A stretch of DNA of 64,000 nt from an uncultured virus (IMG/VR IMGVR_UViG_3300045911_000754). Lineage: Duplodnaviria; Heunggongvirae; Uroviricota; Caudoviricetes. Below the pieces are notes generated by a model. That model did no database searches and was not told where the DNA came from. It saw only the letters and a list, made by a program, of their open reading frames with translations. Each line of letters begins with the position of its first letter. Position 1 is the first letter of the stretch. Of this stretch, positions 10,264 to 18,401 are shown piece by piece. The translations under genes and the position numbers were made by a program. The stretch lies in IMG/VR virus record IMGVR_UViG_3300045911_000754. One strand, given 5' to 3'.

Positions 10264-11051
10264 GGTCGGGGTAGCTTGAAATTTGAGAACACGAGGTAAG
10301 AATTGCCAAAGCTAGTTTGATGTAAGTGCTGCTCGGCAAAGATGAACCGATCGCGGTGGATAGCCTTGTCAACCGTGGTCAGCAACCAGGGACGAGACTC
10401 CCGACGCAGTCGACTGGATAGCCTTGCCCAGTCGATAGCGCGGCAATGGGGGGCGGTGATTGGTTCAATCCCACAAATCGGTTCGCGATCAGGCGGGTCT
10501 AGGTAAAAAACCGCATCACCGGGTTGATCAAACGCAGACTCCCAGTCTACGCCGCCCCTCAACTCCACCCCTTGGAGACGATCACTGAAGGCCCAAAGCT
10601 GAGTCAAAACCTTGGCAAGCCTGGAGCGCTGCATTTGTGAGCGATAGAAGGTGGCGAACACGAGCCGCCCTCCGTGCCCAACCCGCCATCGGAGCCAGTA
10701 GGCCGCCGCAGGGTCGATCGCATCAAGACAGGAATTCCAGTGGTCAAGCCAGGGTCGCCATTCCTCGGGGTGGGTGTAGCTTTCCGGCATCTCCCACCAA
10801 AAATCCTGGATCGCCTTGAGCATCTCCCTGGGGCGATCGCGTAAAGCCGTCAGCATGGCAATGGGGTTCGGGTCTAGGTCAGCAGCATAGCGGGGTCGAT
10901 CCGAGTCAATCGCAGCCAATACACTGCCGACTCCACAAAAAGGCTCCCGATAAGACAGTCCTAGGGGGAGTTGCCGGGCAAGCCAGGTCGCCAGCCTAGC
11001 TCGCCCCCCAGTTGAACTGCGACTCCCCAAGCAAATCGCAGGGGAAATCAC
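10260..11051 (-). CDS. Dam-like (D12 class) DNA adenine methyltransferase homologue with degenerate catalytic motif
   Basis: YREPFCGVGSV SAM-binding motif, ADLDP, FYLDPPD (DPPY expected); GTG start at 11051 coupled to upstream stop. Confidence 0.75.
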   Translation of the reverse strand: MISPAICLGSRSSTGGRARLATWLARQLPLGLSYREPFCGVGSVLAAIDSDRPRYAADLDPNPIAMLTALRDRPREMLKAIQDFWWEMPESYTHPEEWRPWLDHWNSCLDAIDPAAAYWLRWRVGHGGRLVFATFYRSQMQRSRLAKVLTQLWAFSDRLQGVELRGGVDWESAFDQPGDAVFYLDPPDREPICGIEPITAPHCRAIDWARLSSRLRRESRPWLLTTVDKAIHRDRFIFAEQHLHQTSFGNSYLVFSNFKLPRP

Positions 11052-11452
11052 TCGAACACCTGCCTGACACGGCAATCTGATTGGAGGATGGGCCTCAATT
11101 CAAGAGACCAGCCCCGACCATAGATCAGCCCCCGGTCAGCTCCTGATCGAGCGATCACCTTGGCTGCCGTTGAAACCCGATAGGCTTGATGCCGAAAGTT
11201 GATAAGGACGTCATAGGATTCGCGGGGGCGGGGACGATAAAGCCGTGCGATCGGCTGTCCGTAGTAGGTGACCTCGACTCCATCGATTTCACGACGAACC
11301 AAAGATCGAAACAACGCACGCATCTTGACGGGATTTGCGAGTAGCGCTTTCGAGGGCAGCGAAAGCAAACGCCTCACTTGCGGGCCGGATTCTTCTGGCT
11401 CAACCGGCAGGTTAAGGAGGGGGTCAAAGAGAGGGGCCGAAGTCCAAAACAT
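11048..11452 (-). CDS. Hypothetical protein
   Basis: Coupled member of minus-strand operon. Confidence 0.6.
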   Translation of the reverse strand: MFWTSAPLFDPLLNLPVEPEESGPQVRRLLSLPSKALLANPVKMRALFRSLVRREIDGVEVTYYGQPIARLYRPRPRESYDVLINFRHQAYRVSTAAKVIARSGADRGLIYGRGWSLELRPILQSDCRVRQVFE

Positions 11453-11453
11453 T

Positions 11454-12326
11454 TCAACCCCCTATGCGCAGGCGGTGTTGGTTGTAAACATCGACCAATT
11501 GCGGCAACAACCCAGGAAACTCTTGACGAGCACGGGTCATTCGTGCCCGCAACATCTCCGGATCGGTAATTTCATCAAGCTCCCGCGACAAGGAATCCAG
11601 GGGGGACTCTTGCGACTCAGATGCTTGCATGAAGTCCTCTGGATCTTGATTGGAGTGGATTGCATCAAATAGCGCGATCGCCTCGCCATGGTTAGAGGGC
11701 AGCTTTTGGAAGGCGCGATCAATCAAGGATCGCACCAGTCGATACTTAGGCATTCCCGACTTGCCGACGTTGGCCCCTTCAGAGGAGATTGGACGAGAGT
11801 CGCAATCGCGCATCTCCACCAAAACGGCATTCCTCTCGATCGTGCCCGCCGAGAGGGTGAGACGCACGGGTTTTGCCAATTGTTCAGGCGTGGCGTTGGC
11901 AATAATCGCCAGCAAAGTACGGCTAGCAACCGAACCGGCGCTACCAACGTTGATCGCTAGCACCCCCTTGGACGTAGCGATCGTAACGATCACAAAGGGG
12001 GTATGGGACAAACTTTCCGGTACTTCAGGGTTGATCGGAATCGCTGGGTTGTGCTTGCTATTAGGCGCACGCACCAACTTCAACTCCCGAAGGACGCCCG
12101 TCAGGCTCTGTTTTTTCTCGTCAACAGGCAAGTCAAACGGGTCGTTTGTTGTGCGGTATAGCAAAAACTGCCCGGTGCTTGAGGATTTCAGGATCAGCGA
12201 GATCGGCGGTTCGCTGATCGCGTAGGGATCCTGTCCTGCGATTTGCTGAAGCAACGAGATGATCTTGTCGAGCTTGGAGAGAACTTCTCTCTGATATTGA
12301 CAATTATCCGAGTCTGATGTATGCAT
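11454..12326 (-). CDS. Hypothetical protein
   Basis: 290 aa ORF in operon with ssb genes. Confidence 0.7.
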   Translation of the reverse strand: MHTSDSDNCQYQREVLSKLDKIISLLQQIAGQDPYAISEPPISLILKSSSTGQFLLYRTTNDPFDLPVDEKKQSLTGVLRELKLVRAPNSKHNPAIPINPEVPESLSHTPFVIVTIATSKGVLAINVGSAGSVASRTLLAIIANATPEQLAKPVRLTLSAGTIERNAVLVEMRDCDSRPISSEGANVGKSGMPKYRLVRSLIDRAFQKLPSNHGEAIALFDAIHSNQDPEDFMQASESQESPLDSLSRELDEITDPEMLRARMTRARQEFPGLLPQLVDVYNQHRLRIGG

Positions 12327-12442
12327 GTGCGCTTTTACTTGCGTTCGTTTCGCTTAAGACGTCACTGCTGATAATTTTATACGCAAAAGCCGCGCAAGTT
12401 AACAAAAACCTGCGCAACAACAAGAAAATAAGCGGCATGTCT

Positions 12443-13540
12443 TCACCCCAGCGAGGATGCGGATTCCTCGGAAGGGAGTCTGGGAGAGGAGTTGGAGAGA
12501 GCACCCAACCCCCCGAGCGCCCCAAAAGCCGTTTGTTTTTTTTGAAACGCCTTGTAGGCCGCCCGCCGCCGCTTGAACCGCTTGGGTTGCAGCCCTCCCA
12601 CGCAGTATAGGTTGGTGCTCAGCCGCCACAGTGAACCGTGAACACAGAAGTGACGACGGGCTTCTGCTAGCAACTCTGCGTCGTGTTGATCCAAGGCTTC
12701 GCAGACTAGGCGTGCTAAGAATTGGGCAGCGCTAAGGTTGCCGGTTTCTACCTTGGTTGCAACTTGTCGCTTAAGCAGCGTAGGGCGGTCAAGCCGATCG
12801 CGGATTGCCAAGGATTGCCGGCGGCGGATCGTGCTAGCCGATCGCTCAAGATGTTCAGCGATCATTTGTTGACTAACTCCGACTGCGTTGGCCGACTCCG
12901 AGACAAACAGGATCCGCTTGCCACGGTGGATAACTCCGATTTGCGCTCGGGCCGCCGCCTTGTCCTCTGCCTTGCCCCCAGTTGAAGATTCGGAGGAGAG
13001 AGGGGTGCGGTTTGAGCGCGGGGGGCAGGACAGCAGATCATAGGCTGTGGGCACATTGATCTGCTGTCTGCGTTGTTTGCGGGACGTGGGGCCCCGAGAG
13101 GGATCGTCGCCAGAGCGATCGGTCAACTCTCGGATCCTCGCCCGCCGTGCCGCCGCCTGTAGTTCTTCGGCGGTGACATCAGTCGCCAGGCGCTTGGGAT
13201 CTCGCAGCCGATCGCACAGGACGATCGCCGCGGGCCCCAAGTTCTCTAGCCCCAACCGTCTGGCTACGACAAACAGCCCTGCGAGGTGCACCCGATAGAT
13301 GCCCTTTTGAATTCGGGCCACCGATCGGAACCATTGCTGAGCTTGTCCTTGCTTTAGCCAGGATCGGATTGTCTGGTGGGTTTTGCGCAGAATGTCCGCC
13401 GCATCAGCTATTGCAAACGTGACGACGCCCGAGCCAGGCTGATCGATCGCCCGCAGCCAAGTCCAAAGACCGGCATGGGGGGCGTTGTCGAGGAGCTTGG
13501 CCCAGGCGATCGCCTCGGTTGGTAGCTGAGGTGTTGGCAC
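12443..13540 (-). CDS. Putative DNA-binding / replication protein with two HTH-like segments
   Basis: IADAADILRKTHQTIRSWL and SQQMIAEHLERSASTIRR; basic C-terminus. Confidence 0.55.
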   Translation of the reverse strand: MPTPQLPTEAIAWAKLLDNAPHAGLWTWLRAIDQPGSGVVTFAIADAADILRKTHQTIRSWLKQGQAQQWFRSVARIQKGIYRVHLAGLFVVARRLGLENLGPAAIVLCDRLRDPKRLATDVTAEELQAAARRARIRELTDRSGDDPSRGPTSRKQRRQQINVPTAYDLLSCPPRSNRTPLSSESSTGGKAEDKAAARAQIGVIHRGKRILFVSESANAVGVSQQMIAEHLERSASTIRRRQSLAIRDRLDRPTLLKRQVATKVETGNLSAAQFLARLVCEALDQHDAELLAEARRHFCVHGSLWRLSTNLYCVGGLQPKRFKRRRAAYKAFQKKQTAFGALGGLGALSNSSPRLPSEESASSLG

Positions 13541-13599
13541 TTTGGCGCAAAGTGACTAAACTAGCGTTAAGTCTAGCGCAACTTAGCACAGATCAATTC

Positions 13600-14250
13600 G
13601 TGCCGCAAGAAAAATCTAAAGACGAAATCCAGCCTGATTTTCGGCAGTTTTGTCCTCGATTGCCGGACGAGCCATCTGACGCCTACGAGGCTCTGTTCCG
13701 TTGGGCCCGCCTGGGACGATCACGCACGATCGGGCGGCTGTCTCGGCAATTGCAGCGCGATTGGATCCACGACGAAGTTCCTACGGTAGTCCAGTTGGAT
13801 TGCTGGCATCAGCAATGGGCATGGGGGGAGCGAGTCGGTCGATACGATCGAGAGTGCCAGGCAATCGAAGATGCGATGCGGCTTGAAGCGTGGGAGGAGT
13901 CGGTGCGAGGCGTGGAGTCTGACTTGATCCGCGTTTGCAAGTCTCTTCTGGGAAAAGCCTCGCAGATTGCCCAGTTGCCGGTGGTAGATCAGAAGGTTAG
14001 CTTGGACGGCAAGACGACGGTTATCAAAGCCAAAGCGGGGTTGCGCGATGCAGTCGCTGTGGTCAGCACGGTGCGAGAGATCCTGGAAGAGCTACGGCCC
14101 CGGACTCAGGTCGAGCAAGTGGCGTCCATCATGGGCTTGTCGGAGCAGGCGATCGGAGCAGGGCTGTTGACCCCTGAGTCGGCTGAGACGATCATGCGGC
14201 ACATGGCAGCCTTGAAGGCAGAACTAGAGGGAGGGGGCCGTGAATTCTGA
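13600..14250 (+). CDS. Putative terminase small subunit
   Basis: E.SDAYEAL..W..LG.SRT...W...W.W.ERV..YD pattern followed by helical region; GTG 13600 preferred start. Confidence 0.55.
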   Translation: MPQEKSKDEIQPDFRQFCPRLPDEPSDAYEALFRWARLGRSRTIGRLSRQLQRDWIHDEVPTVVQLDCWHQQWAWGERVGRYDRECQAIEDAMRLEAWEESVRGVESDLIRVCKSLLGKASQIAQLPVVDQKVSLDGKTTVIKAKAGLRDAVAVVSTVREILEELRPRTQVEQVASIMGLSEQAIGAGLLTPESAETIMRHMAALKAELEGGGREF

Positions 14251-14319
14251 ACGACCCCGTGTGATGATCGCCCGGATCCGTGATCCGGGCTTTGGGCTTT
14301 GTTGGACTGGGATTTGGGA

Positions 14320-14574
14320 TTACCGTTTCTGATAGACCCCCACGAATCCTTGATTGATTAGCTCTTCTGATGTTGCGCCGTCCGTGGGGCGTGGGGCATC
14401 CATTACGTAAGTCGGTTGTCCGTTGCAGAGCAATTCCCAGTTCTTAGCCGCTGCTTCAATCCATGGGAGATTCTCGATCCATTCAGTCTCAAGCCCTTTC
14501 CCCATTTGCATTGCTGCGATTACACGAGCCTTTTCAGTGTTCATTGCACGATAGGTGTCAGTGTTCATTTGCAT
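14320..14574 (-). CDS. Hypothetical protein with its own strong promoter (moron-like)
   Basis: 84 aa ORF directly downstream of a consensus sigma70 promoter. Confidence 0.65.
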   Translation of the reverse strand: MQMNTDTYRAMNTEKARVIAAMQMGKGLETEWIENLPWIEAAAKNWELLCNGQPTYVMDAPRPTDGATSEELINQGFVGVYQKR

Positions 14575-14939
14575 TTGCTTTTGCCTTTGCAGTTGTTTGT
14601 TTGCTTGTGCTGTGCATTGATTTGATTATAATCGCAGTCTCGTGGCAAGTCAACACATTTTGCCCCCCTGCGGCTGATTTTTTTGGCGAGACTGATCAGA
14701 TCGCTCACAATCGCGTCCCGTTGTTTTCCCAGCAGATCCACCTGTAGGTAGTCTTCGAGTGCCAGCAATTGGTCCAATTGGATTGAGACAACGTGCCCGC
14801 GTGAGTAGTTGGTGATCTTTTGGGGTGTTAACCCGACTGCCCGTGCCGTGGCCGTGGACTTGCCAAATCCTGCCAGCGCCAACCTTAGGCGATTGCTTAG
14901 TTCTGGTGACTCCGTTTTTATTCGATGGATGATTTTCAC
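14565..14939 (-). CDS. XRE/Cro-like HTH transcriptional regulator
   Basis: STATARAVGLTPQKITNYSRG..SIQLDQLLALEDYLQV; divergent from 15096 operon. Confidence 0.7.
   Translation of the reverse strand: MKIIHRIKTESPELSNRLRLALAGFGKSTATARAVGLTPQKITNYSRGHVVSIQLDQLLALEDYLQVDLLGKQRDAIVSDLISLAKKISRRGAKCVDLPRDCDYNQINAQHKQTNNCKGKSKCK
14625..14659 (-). promoter_or_regulatory. Consensus sigma70-type promoter
   Basis: Minus strand AATGTG-TTGACT-17 bp-TATAAT. Confidence 0.85.
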
Positions 14940-15095
14940 GGCTTGCTCCGATTTTTTTTCTAATCCTACTTTACAATTTACCCGGAACTGGGTAAACTAA
15001 GAATAAATCAAAGGGGCGATTGCTCTAGGCGTGACTACCAAGCGATCGCCCCATGCTCCCTCTGCGGTGGTAGAACTTGCAGGAGTAAGATAATT

Positions 15096-15404
15096 ATGAC
15101 ACAGGTTGACTTGGTTTGCTTCGTTGAGGAAGAAATCCGTGGGGTCGAAGGAGCGGCCGCCTGCGGTCGGGTCTGGGGTGATGAATCCTACGGCTACGCC
15201 CTGGAAGATGTTTGGTGTATTTGGTTAGACGGCTGGGACGAGCTTCAAGAGCGGGTGCGAATTTTGGCAAAGGGGGGTCAAGTCGACCTGGATGGTCTGA
15301 TTGCGGCCAAATCCTGGCTGGTGAACAACGTGACCTGGCTGAACCCCGGAGATGTTGACCAATGGGTGGAGGATGTCAAGAAAATCCTCGTCGCTTCCCA
15401 CTGA
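15096..15404 (+). CDS. Hypothetical protein A (paralog of 17004..17285)
   Basis: AGGAG RBS; LAKGG....L..A..W...NVTWL.P.DVDQW shared with paralog. Confidence 0.75.
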   Translation: MTQVDLVCFVEEEIRGVEGAAACGRVWGDESYGYALEDVWCIWLDGWDELQERVRILAKGGQVDLDGLIAAKSWLVNNVTWLNPGDVDQWVEDVKKILVASH

Positions 15405-15458
15405 AACACGTTCTCTGCCTTGACCTTGCCACCGACTCTAGAAACAAGGAAAACCTCA

Positions 15459-15692
15459 ATGACAGGATTCATTGCTAAAATCCCGTACTTCGGAGGCGTC
15501 GAAGGTCTGTCCGACGAATATGGTTTCATGGGCTGGCACAAGGACAAGGGGCCTGTGCCTATCGACCAAGCGACGGTGTTCTCAACGATAGAAGAGGCGA
15601 AACTTCACGCCCCCAAATTGAAAGGAGCCAAGATTGAGGCTCTTGGTAAATCTGGCACGAGCCTTCAATGGCGTGATGGCGATTGGTGTTAA
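15459..15692 (+). CDS. Hypothetical protein B (paralog of 16779..16994)
   Basis: AAGGA RBS; GWHKDKGPVP.D.ATVF motif. Confidence 0.75.
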   Translation: MTGFIAKIPYFGGVEGLSDEYGFMGWHKDKGPVPIDQATVFSTIEEAKLHAPKLKGAKIEALGKSGTSLQWRDGDWC

Positions 15693-15817
15693 AGGGGTTT
15701 GAACATGTCCCAAACTGTGGAAAGAGGCTGACGCGATTCAAGCCATTTCTGTCGAATTGCTTGCGTCTTCCTATCTCGACAAATCAACAGAACATAGCGT
15801 CAAACCTAGGAGTTTGT

Positions 15818-16765
15818 ATGACAATCGCCTCGTCTTTGCCAGTTATCGAAGGGATTGGATTTGCGATGCTGCGTGCTGATTTCTATGGCGCTTGCAGTAT
15901 TGTCAAATCAGGGGGCCCGATCGCTGATCGTGCTGATGCAATCGTTCTGGCTTCAATTCTGTGGTTCTGGGATTCAGCTATCGCCGATTTGAGCGGGGCG
16001 GGCAAATCCAAAGGCAAATCTAAGCGCAAATCCAAGGTCGACCCCATGAACCTTTGGATATCGCCTGGGAATACAGCGATCGCGACGCATTGCTGTGGTG
16101 AGCACAAACCTGAATCGATCGCGTCCTGTCTCCGTCGCCTAGCAGCCCGCGGCTTTATCAAGGTTCAAGGCGTGCCAGGCGAGCCTAACAAGATTCACTT
16201 GTGCTGTAGAGTTATCAACTATGCCGTCACGCGATGGATGCGTCGCCCCCCTGAGGAGCCGGAATATGAACCCGAGACCGAAGGGGGTGAGATGTTCTTG
16301 ACGCCGGCAGAGTACGAAATCGTCCCTATCGGGGGTGAGGTGGTCTTGACGCCGGCGGCGTGCGACCCCACCCCTATCGCGTACGAACTCATCCCTCTCT
16401 TCGATATTCAAGCAGAGCGCGCTAAACGCGATCGCGAGATATCGAGGCTCCTCAACTCCTACGACCCAGAAGGCTCGGGCGAGCCAGGTAAGATGGGTGC
16501 CGGCTTGCGGCGGCGTTTAGATGACCTGGAGATGGATCTGGATTGCACGCCGGCTGAGCTGGTTAAGCATTTCAAGCAGGCCCTCGACACGATGGCATAC
16601 GGGCCAGACAGCGAAATGTGGCGGAATGGGCGGAATCCTCGGTTTCCGTATGTCTTTCCGTCGCTCGGTGCCTTGCTTGACCCTTACACCTTGTTCACTC
16701 TAAGCAGCGCTTGGCAGCCTAGCTATGCCAAGCTTGCCCCGAAAGTCTGGTGGGAAAGAGATTAG
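15818..16765 (+). CDS. Putative replication initiator (winged-HTH N-terminus, repeat-containing linker)
   Basis: AGGAG RBS; AIVLASILWFW..LWIS....IA...SIASCLRRLAARGFI resembles replisome-organiser wHTH; internal DNA repeats. Confidence 0.5.
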   Translation: MTIASSLPVIEGIGFAMLRADFYGACSIVKSGGPIADRADAIVLASILWFWDSAIADLSGAGKSKGKSKRKSKVDPMNLWISPGNTAIATHCCGEHKPESIASCLRRLAARGFIKVQGVPGEPNKIHLCCRVINYAVTRWMRRPPEEPEYEPETEGGEMFLTPAEYEIVPIGGEVVLTPAACDPTPIAYELIPLFDIQAERAKRDREISRLLNSYDPEGSGEPGKMGAGLRRRLDDLEMDLDCTPAELVKHFKQALDTMAYGPDSEMWRNGRNPRFPYVFPSLGALLDPYTLFTLSSAWQPSYAKLAPKVWWERD

Positions 16766-16778
16766 GAGGTTAACCCCC

Positions 16779-16994
16779 ATGCGCCAATATATAATCACGA
16801 TTCTCAAGCCTGATCGCCCCGGTCGTTTGGGCTGGCATAAAGACAAGGGGCCTGTGCCAGTTGACGAAGCGACGGTGTTCACATCAACGGCAGAAGCGAA
16901 GCGTCACGCTCCGAGGATCCAGGGGGCTGCGATTGAAAAACTTGACGACCCGTCCGGGCCTGCAATTTGCTGGCTTGACAATGCGTGGCGCTAA
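16779..16994 (+). CDS. Hypothetical protein B'
   Basis: AGGAGG RBS; GWHKDKGPVPVDEATVF. Confidence 0.75.
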   Translation: MRQYIITILKPDRPGRLGWHKDKGPVPVDEATVFTSTAEAKRHAPRIQGAAIEKLDDPSGPAICWLDNAWR

Positions 16995-17003
16995 GGGGGC
17001 AAC

Positions 17004-17285
17004 GTGAAACGGAATCCATTTCGATTGGCTGATTACGTGGAAAATCGATTTTTTGAAATCGAAAGGCTTGTCACGCCACCTCAAGACTGGAATGACACCC
17101 CCGACGGCTTTCGACGGTACAAGTGGATTCACCTGTACCATGAAACTATTCAATTGGCCAGAGGGGGATTGATGGAGCTTGCAGATTTAGAGCCAGCCGC
17201 CTGCTGGATAAAGGCAAACGTGTCTTGGTTGTCCCCTCATGAGGTTGACACCTGGCTGAAAGTACTCGAAAAGATGGTTGCCTGA
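17004..17285 (+). CDS. Hypothetical protein A'
   Basis: LARGG...L..A..WIKANVSWLSPHEVDTW. Confidence 0.75.
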   Translation: MKRNPFRLADYVENRFFEIERLVTPPQDWNDTPDGFRRYKWIHLYHETIQLARGGLMELADLEPAACWIKANVSWLSPHEVDTWLKVLEKMVA

Positions 17286-17318
17286 TATGGTAGAGACGGT
17301 GTTTTACCTGAGATGACT

Positions 17319-17347
17319 AAAGCCCGCCCTTCGGGGGTGGGCTTTTT
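17319..17347 (+). terminator. Intrinsic terminator
   Basis: aaagcccgccc-ttcg-ggggtgggc-ttttt between convergent genes. Confidence 0.85.
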
Positions 17348-17774
17348 AGTTAGGGGCGTTGCCACCCCCTGTCAGTCGCTCGCGCTCGCGCCAACGCTTC
17401 ACTGCCCTGGAGACCAGCGCGATCCATCGTTCGTGGTTACGCTTGCGCCAACGTTTGTGGGCTTCGTAGATCTGCTGCCGATTGCGCTGAAAATAGCGTT
17501 GCGCCGCCGTGCCGGGTAGCTTGGGGTACAACGATTCAACCCATCGCTTGCCACAGTCAGGGCAGCGCCAGCGGATGCGGCCATCCGGCATTTTCCCGGC
17601 TGATCGGCTTGGATTGGTGCAGCCAGGGTGCACCGGGCCTAGTACAGGGGTAGGCTTTGTCCCGATCCGCTCAGCGCTAGTCCAGGTCTGTCCGCAGACT
17701 ACGCAGCGATAGCGACGGAATCCTTTGCGCGAGGCCCCACAAGATCGGGCCCGTTGTCCACAGTGTTGTTGCAT
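17346..17774 (-). CDS. Basic protein with two InsA-like zinc ribbons
   Basis: CG....G..RYRCVVCGQTW and C....AG..PDGRIRWRCPDCGKRW; Arg-rich tail. Confidence 0.65.
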   Translation of the reverse strand: MQQHCGQRARSCGASRKGFRRYRCVVCGQTWTSAERIGTKPTPVLGPVHPGCTNPSRSAGKMPDGRIRWRCPDCGKRWVESLYPKLPGTAAQRYFQRNRQQIYEAHKRWRKRNHERWIALVSRAVKRWRERERLTGGGNAPN

Positions 17775-17863
17775 GGTTGTTTCTAGGTATCGTCAATCTA
17801 TGGTGGGGTGGGGCGATCGGGGATTTCGCCCAGTCGCCTGGTGTACAAAGGTTTGATTCGTTA

Positions 17864-17905
17864 AGCGGGTGATGGGACTCGATCCCACGACATTCAGCTT
17901 GGGAA
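17864..17905 (-). other. attP-like core: 3' half of tRNA-Gly(CCC)
   Basis: Minus strand TTCCCAA-GCTGA-ATGTC-GTGGG-ATCGAGT-CCCAT-CACCCGC-T gives anticodon loop, T arm, acceptor strand and U73; 5' half absent. Confidence 0.8.
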
Positions 17906-17912
17906 AAGCGAG

Positions 17913-17954
17913 TCCCCACTGCAAGCCCTAGGAGACAAGGCCTTGCAGTGGGGA
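17913..17954. repeat. Inverted repeat flanking the tRNA fragment
   Basis: tccccactgcaag ... cttgcagtgggga (13-bp perfect arms). Confidence 0.8.
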
Positions 17955-17978
17955 TGGTTGGCGCAGGACCACTTTGGA

Positions 17979-18236
17979 CTAATCGCACTCGCTAACCGTG
18001 ATCCTCTCGATATCCGCGCCAACGCTCTCGCACTCGATTATGTCTAGGTAGTCCTGGATCTCTTCGTGGGCATTCTCTAGGCGCGCATTGTCCAGAATCC
18101 AGAAGATATCCATTGAGACAAGTCCATCGGTATTGGTGCGGTGCGATCGCCCGCTGGTATATCTACAAGCGTGGCGGTAGACCCAATCGATGGCTTGGGA
18201 GTCAGGGGCGGTTACCGTGACGGAAACTTTGACCAT
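17979..18236 (-). CDS. Hypothetical protein with its own strong promoter
   Basis: AAGGAG RBS before ATG 18236 (MVKVSVTV...). Confidence 0.7.
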   Translation of the reverse strand: MVKVSVTVTAPDSQAIDWVYRHACRYTSGRSHRTNTDGLVSMDIFWILDNARLENAHEEIQDYLDIIECESVGADIERITVSECD

Positions 18237-18267
18237 TGCCGGCTCTCCTTTGTTTGTTGTCTCGCCG

Positions 18268-18302
18268 ATTATAAAGCCAATTTTATGGCAAGTCAACACA
18301 TT
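18268..18302 (-). promoter_or_regulatory. Consensus sigma70-type promoter, second copy
   Basis: Minus strand AATGTG-TTGACT-17 bp-TATAAT, sharing AATGTGTTGACTTGCCA with 14625..14659. Confidence 0.85.
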
Positions 18303-18401
18303 GGGCAAAAACGAAGGGCGATTGCTGCGACAGGCTTGGATCGGTTGGCCGTCTAACTTTGAGTACAATTAAAGGCCAGGACTTGACTAATCAAAACATC
18401 T

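Noticed and set aside
15531..16880. Diversity-generating retroelement TR/VR pair
   Set aside because: Mismatches are not adenine-specific and no reverse transcriptase is visible
17346..17774. IS1 element
   Set aside because: No InsB/DDE domain and no terminal inverted repeats recognised
17864..17940. Intact tRNA-Gly gene
   Set aside because: No 5' acceptor strand, D arm or 5' anticodon-stem strand upstream of the anticodon loop
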